A DNA stretch of 12,581 bases from Myxococcota bacterium (GTDB taxonomy: Bacteria; Myxococcota_A; UBA796; SXON01), in assembly GCA_040386535.1 (NCBI GenBank), contig JAZKFH010000029.1:1-12581 (forward strand). Direction: 5' to 3'. The notes under the pieces are model-generated. The model saw only the letters and a list, made by a program, of their open reading frames with translations. It had not been told where the DNA came from and searched no databases. Position 1 is the stretch's first letter, and every line of letters begins with the position of its first letter. Both the position numbers and the translations under genes were made by a program. Shown here in pieces: positions 1-6,470 of the stretch.

Positions 1-142
1 CGACCCGACAGAACGGGCGTCAGTACCGGTCGTGAGGCGAGATCTGTCGGGTTTTGGCGCCGGGAGTTGCCCGCGGGGCCAGCGCCGCCGAGCGCCTCCT
101 CGGCGACCCCAACACCGAGCGCCGACCACCAGCCGCCCCAGG

Positions 143-326
143 GTCATGTGCCCGTGAATGCACGAATCCGGGAGTCATGTCCGATCGAACGCCGGATGCC
201 TGGAGCTCCACCGTGAAAAGTGACGGTTGGTCCGTTTCGGCGCGAGCGCCGAGGAGCGACTTCAAGCCCCCACGCGTCACTCGAGGGAGCATGACTCAGG
301 AAAACGTGCATCCACACCGGCATGAC
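143..326. repeat. 184-bp quasi-palindromic intergenic element, copy 1 (two direct plus two inverted 31-bp GTCATG units)
   Basis: GTCATG at 143 and 174 and CATGAC at 290 and 321 (spacing 31/116/31). The ends AGGGTCATG (140-148) and CATGACCCT (321-329) are inverted repeats. The same architecture recurs at 11688-11871. Confidence 0.85.
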
Positions 327-613
327 CCTCGGAGCGACCGTCGCTCCGGCCGAAGCACCCCCTCCACGCCAACAAACATCCCCGCGCCAGGTGCCGGGAG
401 GGGCGGACGCGCTGGGCGCGGCCGGCTCGGCGCCGCCGGACGCCGCGAGGCGACCGGCCCGCCAGCGGAGGCCGAAGCCCGACCCCCGCACGGGACCGAC
501 CCGCCCGGGACACGCGCGCGGCAGCGCGCGGGGCGCGGGCCGGGGGGCGCCCGAGATCGCTCGATGCCGACGCGCCACCCACCCCACCGCCCGCCGCCCA
601 CGCCACGCGCCGA

Positions 614-1063
614 GTGACGACGTTACAGCACCCCATGCTCCCCTGGTCCGGCCTGCCCGTCACCGTCATGTCGACCCACATCGACATGTTCGGCCACGTC
701 AACCACACGCGGTACCTCGAGTACATGGAGTGGGCGCGGTTCGCCTGGGCCGCGCACCTCGGCACGCCGCTGCCGGAGCTGGTGCGTGACCAGGGCGTGG
801 GCCCCGCGATCATCCGTGCGACGTTGTCGTTCCGACGCGAGTGCCGCCTGGGGGACGAGCTGCTCGTCACCGTGCGGGCTGTGTCGGCGCGGCGCGGCAT
901 CGGGCGGCTGCACCAGGACATCGTCGACCGGCACAGCGGCGAGCGCGTGTGCGACGCGGAGATGGCGTTCGTGATGCTCGACCTCGCCACGCGCAAGGCG
1001 GTGCCGCTGCCGCCGTTCTTCCTCACGCAGCTGCCGGCGCAGGTGGCTACGCTGGGCGCGTGA
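614..1063 (+). CDS. Acyl-CoA thioesterase, 4HBT/YbgC-YbaW hot-dog family
   Basis: 149 aa with the motif IDMFGHVNHTRYLEYMEWAR (family DxxGHVNNxxY) and C-terminal FVMLDLATRKAVPLP. Start is GTG 614 or ATG 635. Confidence 0.9.
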   Translation: MTTLQHPMLPWSGLPVTVMSTHIDMFGHVNHTRYLEYMEWARFAWAAHLGTPLPELVRDQGVGPAIIRATLSFRRECRLGDELLVTVRAVSARRGIGRLHQDIVDRHSGERVCDAEMAFVMLDLATRKAVPLPPFFLTQLPAQVATLGA

Positions 1064-1932
1064 TCCGTCGCCCGCCACCGCCCGCGCTGGCCCCGTACGT
1101 CCGCTGCCTCTGGTACGCGGACGACACGGCCACCCGCTCGAGCGGGACCGCGACCCGCCGCGAGCGCGCGCTCCCCACGGGCGGCATGGATCTCGTGGTG
1201 CGCCTGTCCGACGCGCCCATCCACCTCTACGATGCGCTCGGCGACGAGGTGGGCACCTCCTTCGGCGCCGCGGTGCTCGGCGGGGCGCGCTCCAGCTACT
1301 ACGTGCGCGACACGACGCGGCCAGCGCGCTCGGTGGGCGTCCACTTCCGCGCCGGCGGGGCCGCAGCCGTGCTCGGGCTGCCCGCGCCTACACTCGCCGA
1401 GCGACACACCCCCCTCGCCGATCTGTGGGGCGCCCGCGCCGCGGGCCTGCGCGACGTGTTGCTCGACGCCGGCACCCCCGACGCTGCGCTCGACCGCCTC
1501 GCCGCCGCCCTCCCCTCGCCCCGCCCGCTCCACCCCGCCGTCCTCCACGCGCTGGCGCGGCTCTCCGGCGGGAACGTGCGCGTCGACGTGGTCCGCGCCG
1601 AGACCGGCTACAGCAACCGGCGGTTCATCGAGCTGTTCCACCAGGCGGTCGGGCTCACCCCCAAGATGTACTGCCGCGTGCGGCGGTTCCAGGGTGCCCT
1701 CGTGCGGTTGGCCGCCGGGCCCACGCCCGATCTCACCGACGTGGCGCTCGGCGCCGGCTACTGCGACCATCCCCACCTGAACCGCGATTTCCGCGCCTTC
1801 GCCGGCATCTCCCCCGGCGCCTACGTACCGCAGTCGCGCGATCGGCTGAACCACGTGCCGATCGGGCCGCGCGGCTCGCCCCCGGCGCCAAGGTCACATT
1901 CGTCCAAGCCCGCCCCACACCGAACCGGCTAA
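1060..1932 (+). CDS. AraC-family transcriptional regulator (DUF6597-like N-terminus plus HTH)
   Basis: GTG start overlaps the upstream stop (GTGA, 1060-1063). N-terminal PPPALAPYVRCLW...ERALPTGGMDLVV. C-terminal HTH FHQAVGLTPKMYCRVRRF...GYCDHPHLNRDFRAFAGISP. Confidence 0.9.
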   Translation: MIRRPPPPALAPYVRCLWYADDTATRSSGTATRRERALPTGGMDLVVRLSDAPIHLYDALGDEVGTSFGAAVLGGARSSYYVRDTTRPARSVGVHFRAGGAAAVLGLPAPTLAERHTPLADLWGARAAGLRDVLLDAGTPDAALDRLAAALPSPRPLHPAVLHALARLSGGNVRVDVVRAETGYSNRRFIELFHQAVGLTPKMYCRVRRFQGALVRLAAGPTPDLTDVALGAGYCDHPHLNRDFRAFAGISPGAYVPQSRDRLNHVPIGPRGSPPAPRSHSSKPAPHRTG

Positions 1933-1958
1933 CGATCGGACACCCAACCGAGGTGCCC

Positions 1959-2423
1959 TTGTCCGTTCACGAGCTGTTCCCCCAACTCCGCGTCCACGCC
2001 GCCGCCGAAGCCATCACGTTCTACATCCAGGTGTTCGGCGCGGTCGAGCTGTTCCGGCTGGTCGAACCCGCGCACGACGGCGTCGCCACGCGCGTCGGCC
2101 ACGCCGAGCTCAAGTTCGGCACGGCCACGATCATGATCTCGGACGAGTACCCCGAGTACGGCATCTTCGGGCCCAAGAGCATCGGCGGCGCGTCCTCGGG
2201 CCTGCACCTGCACGTCGACGACGCGGACGCCACCATCCAACGCGCCATCGACGCCGGCGCCACCCTGGTGCGGCCCGCCACCGACCAATTCTACGGCGAA
2301 CGTTCGGGCACCGTGCGCGATCCGTACGGGCACGAGTGGTCGATCGGGCACGAGATCGAGAAGGTCACGCACGAGGAGATGCAGCGTCGGTACGATGCGA
2401 TGTTCGTGAAGGCGGCGGAATAG
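1959..2423 (+). CDS. VOC/glyoxalase (PhnB-like) family protein
   Basis: TTG start after GAGGTG (1950-1955). Motifs AAEAITFYIQVFGA, VGHAELKFG, DQFYGERSGTVRDPYGHEWSI. Confidence 0.9.
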   Translation: MSVHELFPQLRVHAAAEAITFYIQVFGAVELFRLVEPAHDGVATRVGHAELKFGTATIMISDEYPEYGIFGPKSIGGASSGLHLHVDDADATIQRAIDAGATLVRPATDQFYGERSGTVRDPYGHEWSIGHEIEKVTHEEMQRRYDAMFVKAAE

Positions 2424-2429
2424 CTGCTG

Positions 2430-2467
2430 GTGGGGCTGGGCGGCGCACGGAGCATCGCCCCCCCCAC
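2430..2467. terminator. GC-rich hairpin between convergent genes, possible bidirectional terminator
   Basis: GTGGGG..GGGCG pairs with CGCCC.CCCCAC between the VOC stop (2423) and the MAPEG stop (2468). No U-tract. Confidence 0.35.
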
Positions 2468-2860
2468 CTACACGAACGCCGGCAACACGAACAATCCAAA
2501 CGTACACGCCGTCCCGAGCCCCCAAAGGGCGGTGCGCAGCATGTGGACATCCGCGATGTACGCCGCCGTGTAGCCGACGCGGGACACCACGTGTGTCACC
2601 GCGAGGATGGCGCTCCACTGCGGATCCGCGGGCGCCACGTGGCTCACGAGCACCGCGCAGGCGAACGCCGGGAAGCTCTCGAACCCGTTCAGGTGCGCAG
2701 CCAGCGCGCGCCGGCCCCACCCGACCAGCGCGGCCTGCTGATCGCGGGGCTGCCGGTTGTTGTAGCCCTCGGGACGCTTGCCCTGCGCCACGCCGACAGG
2801 GATCTTGGTCAGGAAGAGCAGGGCAAAGGCGATGGCGACACAGGTGAAGGGGACGGTCAT
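2468..2860 (-). CDS. MAPEG family membrane protein
   Basis: 130 aa, hydrophobic, with the motif GYNNRQPRDQQAALVGWGRRALAAHLNGFESF typical of bacterial MAPEG proteins. ATG at 2860. Confidence 0.9.
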   Translation of the reverse strand: MTVPFTCVAIAFALLFLTKIPVGVAQGKRPEGYNNRQPRDQQAALVGWGRRALAAHLNGFESFPAFACAVLVSHVAPADPQWSAILAVTHVVSRVGYTAAYIADVHMLRTALWGLGTACTFGLFVLPAFV

Positions 2861-2886
2861 GGCGGGCGCTCCGGGGGCGGGGCGCC

Positions 2887-2895
2887 AGCGTATCA
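2887..2895 (-). promoter_or_regulatory. Putative extended -10 element (TGnTACGCT) for the MAPEG gene
   Basis: The minus strand reads TGATACGCT, ending 26 nt before the MAPEG ATG, and matches TGn-TAnnnT. Confidence 0.4.
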
Positions 2896-2915
2896 CTTCG
2901 CTCGGTCGCGACGGC

Positions 2916-2988
2916 GCCCGATCCAAACCAGGGCGAACGGACCGCGCGGACGCGGCCGTCGCGGCGGCGGGGGTGGCGGGGCGAACGT
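2916..2988 (-). repeat. Dispersed repeat, partial (one-arm) copy of the hairpin element at 11554-11665
   Basis: GCCCGATCCAAACCAGGGCGAACGGACCGCGCGGACGCGGCCG aligns to the reverse complement of 11585-11628 with few mismatches. Weaker similarity extends to 2988/11554. Confidence 0.85.
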
Positions 2989-3026
2989 GTCTGCCGCCCG
3001 CGTCACCGCCACCCGCCCACGCTGCC

Positions 3027-3881
3027 CTACCGCCCGAGCAACCGGCCCAACACCGCGTCGACGGGCACCGTCCCGCGCACCGGGGTGCCTTCGAAGACCA
3101 GCGTGCCCGCGTTCATCGAGCGCGTCATCTCGTCGTAGAGGCCGGCCATCGAGGCGGACATCCCGAACGAGGTGAACATCGGCACCAGCGACTCGATCGG
3201 CGCGGGCACCACGGGGATGTCCTTGCCGAGGAGCGCGCTCACCGCGGCGCCGACCTGCACCGGGGTCTGCGCGACGGGGCCGGCCAGCTCGATCACCTGG
3301 TGTCCCTTGGGACCGCCCAGGAGCGCCTCGGCGGCCACGCGGCCGATGTCGGCGGTGGCGACGTGGTCGATGGGGCGATCGAGCGTGTAGAAGCTGGGGA
3401 AGATCCCCTGCTCCAGGGCGCCGAGCGAGCCGCCCCAGTTCTCCATGAAGAAGCCCGCGCGCACGAACGTGACGTTGGGCGCCACCGCGGCGATGCGCGG
3501 CTCGGCGTGGTGGAGCGCCACGATGGGGCCGGTGCCGGCGGGCAGGTGCGCCCCGACCGACGAGAGGAACACGACGTGGCCGGGCTTGCTGCGGCCGAGC
3601 GCCGTGACGATCGCGTCGACGAGCCCCTTCTGGAAGGCGGGCACGTCCGCCGCGCCCACGTTGGGCGGCACCAGAAGCCAGGCGCCCTCGGCGCCGGTGA
3701 GCGCCGCGGCGAGCGCGTCGGCGTCGCCGAGATCGGCCACGGCCACCTCCGCCCCCCGCGCCGCCCAGGGCGCACCCTTCGCGGCGTCGCGCACGACCAC
3801 CCGCACCTTCCGACCCGCGGCGAGCAGCCGATCCGCGACCACCGAACCCGTATTTCCCGAAACACCCGTGACGACGAACAT
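3027..3881 (-). CDS. NmrA-like NAD(P)H-binding atypical SDR oxidoreductase
   Basis: Starts MFVVTGVSGNTG (Rossmann TGxxGxxG). Contains HVVFLSSVGA, VRAGFFMEN and VATADIGRVAA. GGAGGA RBS upstream of ATG 3881. Confidence 0.9.
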   Translation of the reverse strand: MFVVTGVSGNTGSVVADRLLAAGRKVRVVVRDAAKGAPWAARGAEVAVADLGDADALAAALTGAEGAWLLVPPNVGAADVPAFQKGLVDAIVTALGRSKPGHVVFLSSVGAHLPAGTGPIVALHHAEPRIAAVAPNVTFVRAGFFMENWGGSLGALEQGIFPSFYTLDRPIDHVATADIGRVAAEALLGGPKGHQVIELAGPVAQTPVQVGAAVSALLGKDIPVVPAPIESLVPMFTSFGMSASMAGLYDEMTRSMNAGTLVFEGTPVRGTVPVDAVLGRLLGR

Positions 3882-3946
3882 GAGATCCTCCCAAGGACGC
3901 CACCAAGATGCTCCGCCGCTCGCATGCACACCAATGGTCGCGCTAC

Positions 3947-4858
3947 ATGCGAACCATGAACCGCGTGCATGTCGACTTGAACCTGCTCCTGGCCTTCGAG
4001 GCGCTGCTGGAAGAGCGCAGCGTGACCCGCGCGGCCGCGCGCCTGGGCCTCACGCAGTCGGCGCTCTCCCACGCGCTCGGGCGCCTGCGCGAGCACCTCG
4101 GCGATCCCCTGTTCGTGCGCGGTCCGACGGGCATGGTGCCCACGCCCCGCGCTGACGCGCTCGCGGGTCCCGTGCAAGAAGCCCTCACGACGATCCGCGG
4201 CGCGCTCGACGCCCGCCCCTTCGATCCCGCCACCGCGCGCGGCGTCGTGCGCGTCGAGACCACGGACTACACCGCCTTCGTGCTCGTGCCCGCGCTCACG
4301 GCCCGCCTGCGCGCGGAGGCGCCGGGGCTCGATCTGCACGTCAGCACCACGCCCTCCGACGGGTTGACCGAGCTCGCGTCGGGCACCGTGGACGTCGTGA
4401 TCACGCGCCCGCTCGTGGGCGACGTGCGCGGCGGGCTGTACCAGCAGGTGCTGCTCGAGGACCACTTCGAGTGTGTGCTCCGCGCCGGCCACCCCGCGGC
4501 CGACCGCCTCGATCTCGACGCGTTCCTGGCGTGGCCCCACGTGCTCGTCGCGCCGCGCGGCCAGACCGGCGGCGTCGTCGACACCGCCCTGGCCGCGCGC
4601 GGACTCACCCGCCGCGTCGCGGTGCTGCTCCCGCACTTTCTCGTGGCACCCCACATCGTGGCCGCGTCGGACGCGATCGTGACACTTGCTTCACGGGTGG
4701 CGCGTCGTGTCGCCGCACCACTCGGCCTGGTCCTTCGGCCGCCGCCGCTCGAGCTGCCCGGCTTCGCCATGGCGATGGTGTGGCACGAGCGCACCCACCG
4801 GGATCCGGCGGCGCGGTGGGTGCGGGCGCGGGTGGCGGAGATCGCGGCGGGGGCGTGA
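3947..4858 (+). CDS. LysR-family transcriptional regulator (NodD/MexT/LeuO-like)
   Basis: HTH VDLNLLLAFEALLEERSVTRAAARLGLTQSALSHALGRLR, then DPLFVR and C-terminal MVWHERTHRDPAARW. Divergent from the NmrA-like gene. Start is 3947 or 3956. Confidence 0.93.
   Translation: MRTMNRVHVDLNLLLAFEALLEERSVTRAAARLGLTQSALSHALGRLREHLGDPLFVRGPTGMVPTPRADALAGPVQEALTTIRGALDARPFDPATARGVVRVETTDYTAFVLVPALTARLRAEAPGLDLHVSTTPSDGLTELASGTVDVVITRPLVGDVRGGLYQQVLLEDHFECVLRAGHPAADRLDLDAFLAWPHVLVAPRGQTGGVVDTALAARGLTRRVAVLLPHFLVAPHIVAASDAIVTLASRVARRVAAPLGLVLRPPPLELPGFAMAMVWHERTHRDPAARWVRARVAEIAAGA
3956..3970. promoter_or_regulatory. Putative LysR T-N11-A box (ATG-N9-CAT)
   Basis: ATGAACCGCGTGCAT is a dyad overlapping the LysR start, about 75 bp upstream of the divergent NmrA-like start. 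Confidence 0.45.
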
Positions 4859-4880
4859 GGCGGCAGGTGGGAGCGCGCCG

Positions 4881-5039
4881 CGGACGGAAGACCGGCCGAA
4901 GTGACGGGATGGGTGCGCATCCCCCGAGTTCGGACGGATATACCGGCCGAAGTGATGGGATGGGTGCGCATCCCCCGGGTTCGGACGGATATACCGGCCG
5001 AAGTGACGGGATGGGTGCGCATCCCCCGAGTTGGGACGG
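4881..5039. repeat. 51-bp tandem repeat, about 3.1 copies, with an internal GGGATG-N6-CATCCC hairpin
   Basis: Unit CGGACGGATATACCGGCCGAAGTGAYGGGATGGGTGCGCATCCCCCGRGTT at 4881-4930 (50 nt, variant), 4931-4981 and 4982-5032, plus a partial copy. Confidence 0.95.
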
Positions 5040-5267
5040 TCGCGCCCCGCTTCCGTAGCAACGCGAGGACCCGGCGCGCCACCGCTTCGTTCGCGGCAAC
5101 CCAAACGGCGGACCCGCACAAAACCACCCCGGCCCAGCGGGGCTGGAGGGGCGCCGCCTCGGCGCGTCGGCGGCTCGGCGCCGACCGAGCGCAGTGAGCC
5201 CGGAAGACACGCGGCGACGCGCGCCTCGCGCGGCGCGGGCCCCAGGCCTCCCCCCGAGATCCCCAAA

Positions 5268-5744
5268 TCAGCCCCCGAGCCGCCCGTGCCAATACGCCGC
5301 TGTGAGTTCCCAGGACGGCACAGCCTCCCGCAACTCCCTCGCGAGCGCCAGGAACTGCTCGACCGCCTCGTCCGGCGTCGACGCGAGGCGCTGCGGCAAC
5401 GCCACGACCGGGTCGATGTCGTGGGCTTCGTGACGACACACCAGGGTGGCGTCCGCACCTAGCCGCCAGAGGTCGTCGACCGCGCCGACGAAATAGCGCG
5501 GGCGGTGAAGGGAGAGGTGGACGGACAGGTTCCCGAGTCGAAGCTGCGCCACGACGCAACCCGGAGGCGCGCACAACGTGACACCCTGCACCCGACCCAC
5601 TGTCGCACGACGCCGGGCGGCCTCCACGATGTCGACCAGCACCCCGTCGACGAGCCGGAGCGTCCCGATCCGCCGATCCAACTCTGCGTCGGTGCTCGGC
5701 CCGAACAGTGCCGGAAGCAACGCGCGCGCCTCCCCGAGCGGCAC
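5268..5744 (-). CDS. Hypothetical protein
   Basis: About 158 aa of normal composition, directly downstream of and co-oriented with the enoyl-CoA hydratase. Start is GTG 5744 or ATG 5774. No recognised motif. Confidence 0.6.
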   Translation of the reverse strand: MPLGEARALLPALFGPSTDAELDRRIGTLRLVDGVLVDIVEAARRRATVGRVQGVTLCAPPGCVVAQLRLGNLSVHLSLHRPRYFVGAVDDLWRLGADATLVCRHEAHDIDPVVALPQRLASTPDEAVEQFLALARELREAVPSWELTAAYWHGRLGG

Positions 5745-5754
5745 GCGCCTACCC

Positions 5755-6447
5755 CTACCCCCGTCGCAACGCATACAAAACCGCCTCCGCCTGCCGCTCC
5801 CGCGCCAGCGCGCCGTCGGACTCGCTCGCGTCGAGCAGCTCCTTTGCCATCGCGAGCGCCACCGGGTCGCGCGTGGCGATCTCGGCCGCCCACGCGAGGG
5901 CCGCGGCGCGCGGATCGGCGGCGATGCGGTGCACGAGGCCCCAGGCCAGCGCGGTGTCGGCGTCGAGCACGCGCCCCGCGAGGATGACCTCCTTGGCGCG
6001 CGACGGCCCGGCCAACCGCGCCAATCGTGTGGTGCCGCCGGCGGAGGGGAGGATGCCGAGCTTCGTCTCGGGCAGCGAGAAGCGCGCCGCGGGGCCGGCC
6101 ACACGCAGATCGCAGGCGAGGGCGAGCTCGAAGCCGCCCGCCACCGCGGCGCCCTGGACGGCCGCGATCGTGACGACGGGCAGCCGTGCGAGGGCCGTGA
6201 ACACGCGCTGGGAGCGCAGCTCGAGCGCGTCGAGGGGCGCGGCGTGCTTCATGGCGTCGAGGTCGGCCCCGCCGCAGAAGGCTCGCTCGCCGGTCGAGCA
6301 GACGACCAGCACTTTGTGGGCGGCCGCGAGCTCTTCGGCGGCGACCAGCAGGGCATCGAGGTGGGCCCGGTCATACGCGTGGGCGCGGTCGGGACGATCG
6401 AGCCACAGCTGGCCCACGTCGCCGTGGTGTTCGGTGCGGATCGGCAT
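5755..6447 (-). CDS. Enoyl-CoA hydratase/isomerase (crotonase) family protein
   Basis: AFCGGADL, AGGFELALACDLRVA and FSLPETKLGILPSAGGTTRL motifs. Both crotonase Glu positions are present. Confidence 0.93.
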   Translation of the reverse strand: MPIRTEHHGDVGQLWLDRPDRAHAYDRAHLDALLVAAEELAAAHKVLVVCSTGERAFCGGADLDAMKHAAPLDALELRSQRVFTALARLPVVTIAAVQGAAVAGGFELALACDLRVAGPAARFSLPETKLGILPSAGGTTRLARLAGPSRAKEVILAGRVLDADTALAWGLVHRIAADPRAAALAWAAEIATRDPVALAMAKELLDASESDGALARERQAEAVLYALRRG

Positions 6448-6470
6448 CCCGCCGAGATAACCTCCCGGAG

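Noticed and set aside
143..326. CRISPR or iteron/origin interpretation of the 31-bp units
   Set aside because: There are only two units per orientation, in an inverted arrangement, with no rep/dnaA gene or AT-rich unwinding region.
54..617. ORFs 54..617(+), 144..587(-), 20..292(-), 322..789(+)
   Set aside because: Pro/Arg/Ala-rich translations without motifs that overlap repeat DNA. These are typical GC-rich spurious ORFs.
277..1854. 525-aa minus-strand ORF and other long antisense ORFs (e.g. 3293..4654, 6249..8084, 8660..10285, 10334..11692)
   Set aside because: Shadow frames of well-supported genes on the opposite strand, caused by the scarcity of stop codons in high-GC DNA.
4881..5039. 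CRISPR array
   Set aside because: The units are contiguous and near-identical with no unique spacers, and there are no cas genes in the window.
4901..5197. 98-aa repeat peptide ORF
   Set aside because: It arises from the in-frame 51-bp repeat, with no clear RBS and no recognisable domain.
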